DNA from: the human T2T-CHM13v2.0 reference genome, Homo sapiens
Length of the DNA stretch: 64,000 nucleotides
Strand: one strand, 5' to 3'
Assembly: GCF_009914755.1 (NCBI RefSeq)
Contig: NC_060929.1
Positions 38,493-51,504 of the stretch are shown here, in pieces. The position numbers and the translations under genes were made by a program. A model generated the notes under the pieces. The model made no database searches. It was not told the DNA's origin and worked only from the letters and a program-made list of their open reading frames with translations. Each line of letters opens with the position of its first letter. The stretch's first letter is position 1.

Positions 38493-39336
38493 TAAAAAAA
38501 GTGGGCAAAGGACAGGAATAAACACTTCTCAAAAGAAGTCATACAAGAGGCCAAGAAACATGAAAAAGTGCTCATCATCACCAATTTTCAGAGAGATGCA
38601 AATCAAAACCACAATGAGATACCATCTCACACCAGTCAGAATGGCTGTTATTAAAAAGTCAAAAAACAACAGATATTAGCAAGATTGCTGAAAAAAGGGA
38701 GTGCTTATACTTTGTTGGTAGGAATGTAAATTAATCCAGCCACCGTGAAAAGAGTTTGGAGATTTCTCCTAGAACTAAAAATAGAACTACTATTTGACCC
38801 AGCAATCTCATTACTCGGTATATACCCAGAGGAGAATATATATTTCTACCAAAAAGACTTGTATGTTTATCACAGCACTTTTCATAATAGTAAAGACATG
38901 GAATCAACTTATATGTCCATAAACCATGCATTGGCTAAAGAAAGTGTGGTACATAGACATCATGGAATACAATGCAGCCATAAAAACAACAGAATCATGT
39001 TCTTTGCAACAATGTGGATGCAGCTAGAGGCCATTATCCTGAGCTAATTAGCACAGGAATGGAAAACCAAATACTGCATGTTCTCACTTATAAGTGGAAG
39101 CTAAACATTGGAAACACATAGACGTAAAGATGGCAACAATAGACACTGGGAATTACTAGAAGGGGATGGATGGGAGTGGGGCAAGGGTTGAAAAACTATC
39201 TATTGGGTACTATGTTCACTACTTGGGTGATGGGATTGATAGAAGCCCAAACATCAACATCACACAATATACCCAACATGTGCATGTACCCCTGAATCTA
39301 AAATTAAAACAATTTAAATAAAGAAAAAAAGAAAAA
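38493..39336 (+). mobile_element. L1 3' end (L1PA16/17-L1PB class), 5'-truncated
   Basis: ORF2p C-terminal remnant [28 protein letters not shown], 3' UTR gggcaagggttgaaaaacta...gtacccctgaatctaaaa, A-rich tail. Confidence 0.92.
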
Positions 39337-40871
39337 TATATATTTTAGTTTGTAAGTTCTTCTGTGTTTTTCTGCTTAGCCCTGTGGTGAATGTGTGGTA
39401 AAATGAATGTTTTTAAGATGTGATGCTTCCCTAAATCTCTTCCTCATTTTTGCATATCTGCTGTTTATGAGTATAAGCTTAGTTTTTGGAAGATTGTCAA
39501 TATTCAGTGTTTTCTTTCTTTTAACCTTATTCGCTCTGATGTTCATTTTCCCTGAAAAGTTCCCTTTACTGACATTTCTCTTTCATGTGAGAAAACTGCA
39601 TTGACTACAGTCATATTCAGTGGTGGACTGAAGTGTAAAGTTGAACTATTTCAGGGACTTTTGGTCAATGTAGGCAGCCTTTATCATAATTTAGGCCCAA
39701 ACTTCTATGGAAAGTTTAGATATTTAGAACTATAAAAGTTGTATCTTTAGCTGGGATAGGTAAAATTTCTATTCTCCTGGCGTAAGAGGCAAGTCTTTTT
39801 CAAATGTATAACCTAAGAACTATTGATAAAAAGGTCTGTTGTTGCTCTTTGATAAGATTAACGTAAAGTCAAAAATATTTATTGAAAAAATTTTTATAAA
39901 CACCTACTATTTTATAAACACCTACTTTCTGCACAGCCCTGGAATAGGCAGATCCTAGAGTGTTGAACTCAGGAATACCGTGTACCATCAAAAAAAGGAC
40001 TTCAAAGTCTTGCAGATTATTTACTTCTGGTAGAGTTAGGGTGACTCATACATGTAATTCCATTCTAAGAAAGCCTCAGAACAAAAGAAGGCAGAGTGGA
40101 TCAGTACCAAAATCCTGGAGTTTAAAACCCATCAGCTCCAGACAGAGGAAGTCCATGGTGAGTGGGAAGTAGACTTTTCAACCAGCGGAGAAGCCTCCCT
40201 ACTGAACAGGAAGCATGCTTTGTCCCAGAAAGACTGAAGAAAAATGCAGAGAGGGTGCCTTTCTACTTTTTCTATTATAGGAGAAGGGTGGATCAAGAGG
40301 CTGGCAAAACCACGAAGAATAAAATATTGCTGGCCCATGGAAACAGACATATTAAGAAATCAGGAAGTCACCCTGCTGCTCCAGAAGTGGTGTCAGTGAG
40401 TGGTGCCCCAGCATCCGAAGTCGTTTTGGAGAAGACAGTAGTCTTCAATGCCTGCTAATGGGAAACCTTCAGAAGAATCGGTTCATAGGGAGAGACTAGA
40501 AAGATAGGTGATAAATAATGACAGGGCTTGAGAATTCCATCTATGATGGACCTCAGTTTAAAATCCTAGTATCTTTGCACTCTTCCTAGTTTATAAAGAC
40601 CCATGGTGTAAGCGTTTATACAGCATTACAAGCAAGGAATTCCAAAATTTCAACAAAGACATATCTTTATCAAAGCAGTCTCATTAGCTTGTAAATTTGA
40701 CAGGGAAAAAATCATAGGGAAAACAAACTTGAATTGTTTTGTATCGAGGAAGGTCAAGGTAAATTTTCAATAAGGATGAAAACAATCTGGAATGGAGTGG
40801 CTTGCCCTTGTTTTAGCAAACCTTAACATGGAGGGTCAGGATTGTTCCTAGGAGTCTGGATTGTCAAATGA

Positions 40872-41048
40872 AGTGGTTTCCCAGAATGAGCTCTTAAAAA
40901 TACAGATTTCTGCTCTCGCCACCACATCACCACCACCATCAATTTCCTCCTCCACCCACCTCCACCCCAAAAAACTCTGATTTAATCCCTCTGCTTAGGA
41001 ATCTGTGTTTTCAACAGCATTCATCAGCCATGTTTGGAAACCTCTGGT
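40872..41048. mobile_element. MER5B-like fragment
   Basis: gtggtttccca...ttaaaaatacagatttctg...ggaatctgtgttttcaaca...tttggaaacctctg. Confidence 0.45.
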
Positions 41049-41077
41049 CAAGGGAACCAATCAGGATAATTCATGCC

Positions 41078-41243
41078 GGTAGTTTTCCACCCTGACTGCA
41101 TATTGAATCACTTGAGGAGCTTTTAACAACACCAGTGTTGGAGGTTCCTCTCCCAGAGACTCTCATTTAACTTACCAGTAGTGTGAATTTCCTAAAAGCT
41201 CTCCAGTCAATTCTAATGTGGAGCCAGGTTGAAGAACCACTGA
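41078..41243. mobile_element. MER5A1-like (hAT-Charlie)
   Basis: ccctgactgcatattgaatcacttgaggagctttta...aaaagctctccag...ttctaatgtggagccaggttgaagaaccactg. Confidence 0.75.
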
Positions 41244-42507
41244 CTGAAGTCAAGTTAGACTCCAAATTTTCCATTTTGAACTTTTCTGACTTGCACCAAT
41301 TTGACTTTTGAAATTGTGGGCATCTAATTTTTAGAAATTTCATACATCACTATCCCTACTTTTGATCAAAAATTCCAAACTGTAATATTAAAATTGGTTA
41401 CATTTCCATGACTGCTGTCCTTCCTCAGGTATTGCTAGGCTGTGGTAGCAGCAGCAGTGAAAGAGTCTTTGACACACAGGCCCTATTCCTTCAAATCTTC
41501 TCTTACAAATCTCCTATATTCTTTGAGAGAGTATATTTGCTGAAAGGTTGATACAGCAGAGAGATAACTTCAGAATAAACAGGAGATTCTCCAAACCAAA
41601 AAGGCTAGCCAGGAGTAAGAAGACTCAGAAGAGATGCCTCAGTTGTCAAAAGAGAAAAGGCAACAGAAGACTTCTAGAAGCTGCAATAAAATTCTTTCCT
41701 GGAGGTGTCCTGCTGTTATAAGCCATTCTGCCACCTGACTCATTTGACTGAAATCCTCTACTCTGCCCTGTAGACTGTCCAGGTACCACCTCAGACTCTG
41801 CAACTAAGATATTTGCCTCTCTATATTGTAATTGAGTCTTTGAGATCCTGGGTATTGTGAATCTCATGACTACTCAGCCCCTCATTATTTTATTTAACCC
41901 ATCAAATTCATGTTGGTAAGCTAAAGAGCATAACCTTCTGCCTGCACCACTGGCCAGTGAACCAAGACTCATAGTGAAAGGACATTCTGGACTGTCCCTA
42001 GACGGTTAAGTCATCTACATACTCTCCACTTAACTTGACCGGCACCCTGGTAATGACTGGATAGAGCTTGAAAATGTTAACCAATACATGGTAAAGACTT
42101 TGTGGTAAGAGTTCCAGGACACAACAATTTCAGAGTGCATGAGGGCATTCTTGTCAGAAGCTTGTGGAAAGCAAGTTGTGAATGAAGCAGTTAGAGGAGA
42201 CTTCCTTTGATGAATACAGCCTTCAAAAGTGTTTTAGGAAAGGAAGGTTATGGAAAGCAAAGACAGTATTCAACCGTCTCAAAATAGCTGGCTTATTACT
42301 ACAGTAAAATGATAAAATGGGGGTATGTTAGTCACATTTCCTTATTTGTTATTGTACCAAAAGTATCCAGTGAATTGCAATGTTATTTTGCATTGCTGTT
42401 GAGGCTTCTTAAATGCAGCCTATGACTGCAATGAGCAGAAGAAAAAAACTATCTAAAGCAAAGCACAAGACTTCCTAACAGTGAGTGACTAGTATCATTA
42501 GTTTGTA

Positions 42508-42826
42508 CAATTGGTCCTACATATCCAATTGTAAGTTCAGAATCCCTGTATTAAACCAACTGTGGATCAAAAATAGGTAGGAAATAAACAATAAAAGATA
42601 ACAATACAATAATAAAAATAATACAAATAAAAATACAGTATTACCACTGTTTACACAATACCTACATCGTATGAGGATTATAAGTAATATGGAGATGATT
42701 TAAACTGTATGGGACGATGTGCATAGGTGACGTGCAAATATTATGCAATTTCATGTAAGTGACTTGAGCATTGTTGATTTTGGTATGTGTTGGGGTCCTG
42801 GACCCACAGATACTAAGGGATAACTG
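42508..42826 (-). mobile_element. MER2 (TcMar-Tigger) MITE
   Basis: TA-flanked ca(a)ttggtcc...gggataactg TIRs; ggagatgatttaaactgtatggg, gacttgagcatt...gattttggtat...ggggtcctgga. Confidence 0.85.
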
Positions 42827-43804
42827 TATTTGCTTATTTTATGCTGTTGGCAGGAAGCTTAGCACTGTTTCTTTAAGCAATCTGGTTTACTCCCAGGGTG
42901 TATAACCCAAGAAAGTCGGGCATCCTTTCTTGCTTCAACCTTCTTTGCTGTTCACATAAACATACAAATTTGCTGTAGATCCTCTTGGTCTACAATGGGG
43001 ACTCTCATTTATTATCTATCCATTCAACATATATTTATTAATCACCTATTGTGTGCCACCACTTTCTTTTTTATCACATTGGCTTATGTCACCTCTTGTT
43101 GTAGGAGTGAGTCATACACAATAGTGATGCCTCCAGCTTCCATTTTGTTTCTCTATTTGCCCATAACAATAAAAATAACAGCTAATACTCTATAGTGTTT
43201 ACCTTATACAAGATATTCTTCCAAGTGCTTTAGCTATGTGGAGGAGCAGGCATTTAATTTCAAATGATAGACATACTAAAGACATCTACTTGGTGTAGTA
43301 ATTTGACAAAACACCTTTACTGGTAAATAAGTTATGATCCAGACAGGAAGTCAGGAGGTGACTCTGTGGTCTCAGCTATAGTTTATCCACCTCTGGAGGC
43401 AGATCAATTGAATAATTCAAATTGAAAAAGAATCACTCTCAGAGCTGAATCATCTCGTTTGTGTCTCTCATTGATGTATCTCTCATTGATGTGATTAACA
43501 GGACATATGCCAAATCCCAGTTTTACTGTGTGCTGCGAATGCCTTTTGTGTTAGTATATATTGTGAGAGTACTCTGTGCACTCCTGGGGAGAAGGCATCC
43601 CATGGTACTATCAGCAGTTTTTCTCCTTCTGACTTGTTATGATAACAACTTTTGTTTATACAGTCAATGCTTGGAAATTCAGGATAATGTGAAACACTCA
43701 AAACGTATGACCCAATTTTTCTGGAACTATCCTGACTTGAAATATTTATCCAATCATCCCCACAAACCACTGTCTGAGAAAAGTGAAGCTGCTGAAAATG
43801 CTGT

Positions 43805-44005
43805 CTTTGGATTTGGATGAACTAAGATTTTAATCACAGCTCTGCCACCTACTATGCTATGTGACCATAGGCAAGATGCTTTACGTTTTGAAGCCTCAAT
43901 TATTTTTTATTATGTTCTTCCTTCTTAGAGTTAAAGCAAAGATAAAATAAGATTATTCATGTGAAACAGTAACACAATGGCTTGTATATAGAAAATCCTC
44001 ATAAT
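43805..44005 (+). mobile_element. MIR SINE
   Basis: ttaatcacagctctgccacctactatgctatgtgaccataggcaag...gcctcaatt. Confidence 0.7.
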
Positions 44006-44579
44006 TTTTTTCCAGTATTATTCATTAATTCAAATATTTGAATTCAAAAATTCATACCACTTGTTCCAAACTGCCTTTCATATCCAGCAACTCCCCACAA
44101 AAACTTTTCAAAATTCAATATTTTTATTTCTAAAATACGATGTCTACAGCTAAAGAGAATGGAGGGTACATTAAACAGATAATCTCCATGTCTGTTCGAA
44201 GTTAGTAATAAGTAACAAAACGCACTTATTTGAATTTACTTTTATTCCTTCTTTGGCTATTGGTGTTTTATGAAATTGCTAAGTGAAATTACCAAGTGAA
44301 TGAGAGACAAATGACATTAATAGCAAATTGCAAATTCATTTCTCAAATAATTTAGATAAGACAGAGCATTTCTTTCAATATATTATAATAAATTCCAATT
44401 TGTTTTAATTGCAACCTTGTGACTTGCTGAAAGGAAAAAATGATTAGCCCATTTTAGAGAGGGGAAACTGAGTTTATGGAAGTTTGGGCAGTAAACTCCC
44501 AGCAAGCCTTGGCTCAGTTGTTCACTGCTCACTAATGGACTGCTTCCTTTAGTCACTGAATCATACTGTTTACTGGTTA

Positions 44580-45470
44580 ATTCATTTAATTATTTCTTCA
44601 TTCAGCAAGTATCTACTGAGCACCTGCTACATGCTAGGCACTGTTCTAGTTGCTGCAGATACAACAGTGAACAAAGCCAACCCAAATCCCTGCCTTTGTG
44701 GAGCTGATATTTAACAGGGAAAGAGAAACATTCAGCAAATAGTACACTGTATGTTATGTTATATGCTGATATAGACCGTAGAGCAAATTCAATCAGGGCA
44801 GCAGGATGGAGAGCGAGGTTATAATTTTAATGAGGGTGGTGATTAGGGATGTGCTTGCGGATAAGGTAACATTTGAGTCAGGACTTGAAGGAGGTGAGGG
44901 ATCCCCAGTGTGGGGATCTGAGGACTCCATGCTCCAGGCAGAGGAACCAGCACCTGCAAAGACTCTTGGCAGGAGGGTTAGGACATGTTGAGGACCAAGG
45001 AGACCTGGAATGAGTGGACAAAGCGGGAAATAACTGGGATACAGAAGGTGTAGGGTCTTGCAGGCCTTTGTGATGACTTTGGCTTTATCTGGGACTAAGT
45101 TGTGTTGGCACCCAGAGGTTTCTAAACAGAGGAATGGCACAATCTGAATTCACTTTTATTGGGGTCACTCCATGCTGTGTGGAGAATAGACAGTGGGGGT
45201 CAAGGGTTGAAGCAGGAAACCAGGTGGGGGAGCTGGAATAATCTGCCCAGGCTTTAGCAGAGTTGGTGGTGAGAAGCAGTCAGAGGGTGAAGCAAGAGTC
45301 GGCAGAATTGGCTGAACAAACTGGATGAGGTTTGTGAGAGAAAGAGAAGAAATAAAAATGACTTCAGGGTTTTTGGCCTGAGAAGCTGAAAGTGTTGAGT
45401 GATCGCCATTATGTGGCTGTCTGAATAATGCAAGGTCTTGGTTCCAGAAATAAAGCTGCAAATTCAATCA
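44580..45470 (-). mobile_element. L2a LINE 3' part
   Basis: ttcattcagcaagtatctactgagcacctgctacatgctaggcactgttctag...cagtgaacaaag...gtgtggagaatagac...gggtttttggcctgag. Confidence 0.85.
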
Positions 45471-45619
45471 ATGGTAAAATCATTTTATTTGCCATCTATT
45501 CATTTGGAATGTGTAAATTTTATTTGGACAGGGCCTGAGATGACATCTACCATTGCTTTTTCTTGAAATACCAGACTATCTAAAGAAATAAATCATATAA
45601 ACTAGGCTCCCGAAAGAAT

Positions 45620-45805
45620 ATTTGGACAGGAATGTGTATCAGAATTTACAAAACGGATTTTTAGCAGACATACTCTCCTGACTTCATCACAGACTTAAGG
45701 AAAGATAATTGACAGGACGGGTCCTAGGTTTAAATATTTTTTAAAAATTGCCCTAGATGATTCCAACATACTTTATCCTTTCCCCTCTGTCTTGTGAGAA
45801 CTATG
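45620..45805. mobile_element. MER5-family fragment
   Basis: gtatcagaatt...gggtcctagg...tttttaaaaattgccctagatgattc. Confidence 0.4.
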
Positions 45806-46664
45806 GTATTTTATGAAGCTAGCAAATCTGTTTAAGTCTGGTGAAAACCACTGTATTTTTTTTGAAGCTAGCTGATGTTTTAAGTACTTCTAAAGCAACT
45901 TAAAAATGGTTTGTATGTTAAAAACCATACACAGGGCTCATTTCTGCATTTTTTAAAGTTCTCTGTTAGCATATTGGAATTACAGTGTTAGAAGAAACTT
46001 TAAAATCATCTAATTCCATAATTAGGCTTAATATTCTGTGCCAAGGTTGACAGACTGATGGCTGCTTCCTGGAGCTCTGCGTTAAGAAAAACTCTGAGGG
46101 TGTTTCTGGGCCTAATAGAAAGATCACTGTGCAGCTTAGCCAGATCGGCTGTGGGAGCAGGATGGGAAGTGACTGTGCATGCACCACTCTATTCCATTCC
46201 ATTTTATTCTACTCCCAACCTCTCCTTCCAGGGAAACTTGCTGAGACCCCATAGGTTTTCAGGGGTCTCAGTGGTCTTCATCTCCAATCCAAAGCTCTTT
46301 TCAGCACACTTCACACACTGGGCCATCTGTGTTGCCCTAGGAAGTAAACAACTCACATGGACATTTCTATGCATGATAAAAACTTGAATATTGAAATTCA
46401 ATAGCTTGTAACCCAGACATTTCACCAATCTAGACAGATCCGAATTAGTGAGCTTTTATTATATAGGAAGGGCAAGTACCTTAAATGTAAAAGAATGGTT
46501 CTGTTATTTTTATTTCTCTTTTCTTTTAAAAAACTTCATGATTTGGCATGAAGAAAGAACAATGAAATAAAAGCTATATTTTACAGACTATGGTGGAGGG
46601 GATTTACAACTAACACTATGATTCACAAAAACTGGCATAAATAATTTTTTCTTTTTGTCTCCAG

Positions 46665-46839
46665 GGCCATGGAATGTAAAGGAAATGGCTGAGCAGCAGC
46701 TGCAAACAATTACTAAGCATTTTCAATGGTCTTGTGAAATGCTATGAATTCAGAGCATCACTTCAGAAACCCCGATTGCATCCCTCAGAAAAAGTGCCCA
46801 GCCACCGGGCCAAACCCTCTTATGCCTCTCCTTGGCAAG
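46665..46839 (+). other. Candidate 175-nt plus-strand exon (non-coding)
   Basis: Strong acceptor ttttttctttttgtctccAG|G; weaker donor AAG|GTTTGA; repeat-free interior. Confidence 0.3.
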
Positions 46840-47695
46840 GTTTGAGGATCCAGCTTTTATGTAGGCCCTGTCTTCTGACACCCTAAAATAAATAGTCCTC
46901 TTTTTCTTCTTCTGGACCCCTCTCTCTCCTTAACTCACTTTAATTTTATCTTCCAGAATGTGTTTCTTACGATTCCTTTAGTTTTAGCACATCACAGTTC
47001 ATAAATGCCCAAAACTGGCTGCTGGAGAACCACAACCCCTTTCTGCACATGCATGAGGAAATTTTCCTTTAGGCCCTGAAAGCAAAGTCCTGTCCAACTC
47101 AAGCAAGCTAATTGTGAGATGCTGCCCGTATGAACTTTCCTATTATTGCACTAGAGATTCCTGAGTTTTAGTCAACTTGAAAAGAGATTTTTTTTTTTTC
47201 TGAAGGAATGTAACTCCTTAGACTAACATATGAAATCCAAAACATAAAATGCAACTGAAATATACATAGTAAACTATGGTTGCCACAGTCACCTTTAACT
47301 TGTGTTCTGAGAGAAAAGGGTTCCTGGGTAACTGTGAGTGGAAGGAGTTGGAGACCTGAAAGAAATATCAGTGATGTAACCAGAGTGGCTGGAAACGGAT
47401 GGCATCCTGGCCTGGTCAAAAACACCACACTAGGCTATTGATTACACAGTGGCCTCAAGTCACAACCTAGGGACCAGGGAAGGTCAGCAATTATGGACCT
47501 GTGTAGCCATTTGTTAACAATTTACTTTTCTGTCATTGCCACAGTGAAAGAATAACTCTGCACTGTTATTATTCAACAAAACTAAGCCAGAATATCATGA
47601 GCAGAGAACTGGTAACAGCATTAGAAAAGACATCTCAATTTTTCTTCTTCTATATACATATATAGAAGACATACATGTATATAAACATACATACA

Positions 47696-47744
<49 letters not shown>
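47696..47744. repeat. (TATC)12 tetranucleotide STR
   Basis: 12 perfect TATC units. Confidence 0.97.
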
Positions 47745-48448
47745 GAAAGGAAGAAATTGTTGGATAAAATACAAACGCTCCTCTGACTGCCACAAAGTCA
47801 GGTGTCCTATGTGTAGGAGTCTTGTGAATTTCCTTTTCTCTGTAACTCCAAAACAAAATAAACTGTTCTGATGGTCTGTCTGCAAGTATGGAAAATATTC
47901 ATTATTATGTCATAATTAAGCTTGAGCAAATGGTGCTTGATTGTGAAGTGTAAAAGTCAAACTTCGGGATGCAACTGAGAGAGCAGAATGAAAGTGTTTA
48001 TTTTAATTGGGTAATGAAAAACATGTAGTTTCAAGTCAGATTTAGGATTAGAAAGAAAAGTATCCCTGCAACTTTGGAATAAATTATTAGGAAATATAAA
48101 CATTTTAAATTGCAAACATGTGAAGCCAAGTTTTAGTTGTTGTTTGTCCCCTCCCCCTTCCTCCAATGTATTTCCCCCCCAAAGAAAAGATGTTTATATC
48201 TACACATGCTGTTATGCTCCAGTGGGCCACATGACAGCATCAACACCTTCAGATGCTGGGTGACCAGCAGAATGCACAGAAAGACGATCCAGTCTCATAG
48301 CAGGATTCTTGATGGTGAATGACCTCTGGATGTATTTTTTCTGAGTAGTTCACATTTTAATATAATAGAAAATCCTTGTAAAGAGAAAATAAATATCTGC
48401 ATTATGATCATATGCATTATAAAGATTGGTAAAACATGAACAAAAAAA

Positions 48449-48838
48449 AAAAGATGGGAAATACTAGGAATCTACCAAAAACTGGAACCATTTAAGCTGA
48501 AGTAGCCAAGGCTGAGAATGTTGCATTAATAAAAGCAACCGAAGAGATATATATCTATATATATATATATATAGATATATATAGATATATATATATATCT
48601 TCAGTTATATATATCTCTCTTCAGTTTGTATATATATTAATAAATCATCTAGCTTTTATTAATTAATGTATTAATTAAAACATCTAGATGCTATTATTGA
48701 TATATAAATATCTTCATATACATCTTCAGTTTATATGTCTATATCTTCAGTTTTTATATATGTAAAACTTCAGTTTCTTTTATTAATATTGCAACATTGC
48801 AACATCTTGTATATGTATCTTGCCCATTTCCATCTTTT
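48449..48838. repeat. Nested imperfect AT-rich palindrome
   Basis: Arms atgttgcattaataaaagcaaccgaag (48518-48544) and cttcagtttcttttattaatattgcaacat (48768-48797); centre ttaattaat-gt-attaattaa (48659-48678). Confidence 0.8.
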
Positions 48839-49404
48839 GTGAAGAAATACCAGATTAAATAGAAACACAGATAAATTAGGTGAACTATGCAAAATAATAG
48901 ACTGTTGATGGAAATAAGGAAAAAAAGAAATAATGAACTAAGGTTGCAGGTGAATATTCAGGTGGGTGATTCATATGCAGGAACCAGAGAGTGAGTCTTT
49001 CACTTTTCAAAGATCCATTTGATTGTCCTGCATTATTACTGGCCTTAGAGAAAAGTTACTTATTATGAAATGAGTAACTTGTTTAGCCATTTTTAACAGG
49101 GTAACTTGTTACCCTCTACATAGTTGGGCACCCACAGACAGTTTAGATCTCTGAATTCCTTTCCAAAGAAAGTAAAAGTAAGATAAGATAAAAGGAGCAT
49201 TTTTGGCTCACAGTTTGCTTGTTCTGGTGAATAAAAACGCTCCTAATTTTAGTAGTAGGTTTCCTAATTTTGGAAATTTTCTACATCAGATCTTTGACTC
49301 CCATACCTTTCATTCAGATTCAATCAGCAATGGTTTGCTGCCACAGTATTGATTCTAATTTTCACATATCATCTGCTAATCTTTTTCCTTCTTTCCCTTC
49401 TTTT

Positions 49405-50400
49405 GAACATTTTAAATTGTGACATAATGCACATTCAGAAAAGAAGAGAAAACCAATAAGTAGGGTTTAGCAAAGTAGTTACAAAGAGAACATCCATGTC
49501 ACTCTCACCCAGGGCAGGAAATACAAAATATCACCCTCTCTAGAAACCCCTGTGTCCTTCTCTCATCGCAACATCCTTTCTTCCTCAACACAATCACTCT
49601 TACGGTGTTTGATTTTTTCTTTGATTTTTTTTCTTTATAGTTTTACTACCACTGTATGCGTCCTCCAAAAATATAGTTTTATTTTTCCTGTTGTAAAATT
49701 TTATATCAAGGGAATATAGTATAAAAATTCATTTGTGTGTTGGCTCCTTTACTCAGTGTGTTGCTCATCCAAGTTGGTGGTTAGCTACAGCCTTTTCATT
49801 TGCTTTGTTCTATAGTATCCCAGGGTATAAAGACATCCATGTTGGTTAACATGTGGGTCGTTTCCAGCTTGTGGCTATTCCGAGCATGCTTGTTCACGTG
49901 CCCTGGAACATAGCCATGCATTTCTCTAAGGTGTATCTCTCGTGGTATAAATGCTGGGTTACTGTGCTGGATTATAGATGTCAGATTTACTGTACGAAGT
50001 TGCACTGTTTTCCAGAGTTGCTGTACAAATTTGCCTTCCCACCTAGAGTGTACTAATGTTTCTCTTGCTGCAGATCCTCAATCATCACTTGACATTGTGA
50101 CACTTTTTAGCTTTGCCATTCTATCTATTACCTCACTGTGGTTTTAGTTTACACTTCCCAGATTATCAAAGACATTGAACATCTTTTCATATGTTTATTG
50201 GCCACTGAATTGTCCTTTTGTGTGTGTGTGTGTGATATGCCTTTTCAAGTCTTTTGATCATGTTTCTATAAACCTGTTTTCTTTTCTCTAGTAATTTGTA
50301 GTTTTGTTTTTACATATTTTGAAAGCTAATGCTTTGTTGGATATGTGTGTGTGTTTATATGTGTGTGTGTGTGTAGTATATTTTAATCTAAACATATACA
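49405..50400 (-). mobile_element. L1ME-type 3' end
   Basis: ttttaaattgtgacataatgcacattcagaaaag...tttccagcttgtggctatt...gaacatcttttcatatgtttattggcca. Confidence 0.8.
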
Positions 50401-51197
50401 AATAATCATATGTAATATATAAAATTTTTATATGTATATAAATCTTTTCTTCAGTGAAGTTTAAGAAAGGGAAGATGGGTATCTTCACCAACATAATGAC
50501 TGATACGGATTTAGAGGAGAAAAGAATGTTAAAATCTATGCCTCCTTGATGTTAACGTTGCACTGCCTTCTTTACTACTATACTATGAAACTCAGTGCAT
50601 ATGAAATCATTAGCAGAATAGTATTGTGCTTCAGAAGAACAAAAGAAGATTCTAAACCCAAAAGGGATCCTAAAGGTAAATATATCCTATCACAAACCTC
50701 GCATTGCAGATTAAGTCCTTGAGTTCCAGTACTCAAGGATTTGCAGTAGTGAAACATAGGTCAGGACTCCCTCTCTATACATTTCCTCCCACATTTTTAG
50801 TTAGCATGGGTCTCCTCTTTCAGGCTTGTTCCATAGAAATGGTATTTAACATTTTTTAAGACACAAGTCTGGAGGAGATGGCAGAGAATTTAGTTGTTCT
50901 ACTACTTCTTAAAACACGAAACACCTAGAAAATGTCCTTTAGTTATTTCCTCCTGAACACTGGTTTTTCAAGCTTTCCTAATCAGACTTCCTGCCTTGAG
51001 GGCTGGGAATCTTAATTCCACAAATCTACATTTGCTGCTCAGATCCAGAATCCATCTGTAGTTGGTGGCTGCTTTGAGGCCCAGTGTCCCTGACCTATAC
51101 AAGCACCTTCTCTTTGTAACTCCCAGGACTCCAGGCAGTGTATTCATTCAAGCCATTGGCATTTACTTTCACTTGGCACATTTAGCTAAATGGAATC

Positions 51198-51504
51198 TTT
51201 TTTTTTTTTTTTTTTTTTTTTGAGACGGAGTCTCGCTGTCGCCCAGGTTGGAGTGCAGTGGCGCGATCTCGGCTCACTGCAGGCTCCGCCCCCCGGGGTT
51301 CACGCCATTCTCCTGCCTCAGCCTCCCGAGTAGCTGGGACTACAGGTGCCCGCCACCTCGCCCGGCTAATATTTTTTTGTATTTTTAGTAGAGACGGGGT
51401 TTCACCGTGTTAGCCAGGATGGTCTCGATCTCCTGACGTCGTGATCCGCCCGCCTCGGCCTCCCAAAGTGCTGGGATTACAGGCGTGAGCCACGGCGCCC
51501 AGCC
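51198..51504 (-). mobile_element. Young AluY (AluYe5-like)
   Basis: Pure T24, perfect TSD taaatggaatc(ttt), most CpGs retained; sense-strand gggcgaggtgg, gaaccccggggggcggagcctgcag, gacagcgagac variants. Confidence 0.9.

Noticed and set aside
38467-39047. ORFs with L1 ORF2p-like peptides
   Set aside because: Frameshifted remnants of a truncated L1, not a host gene
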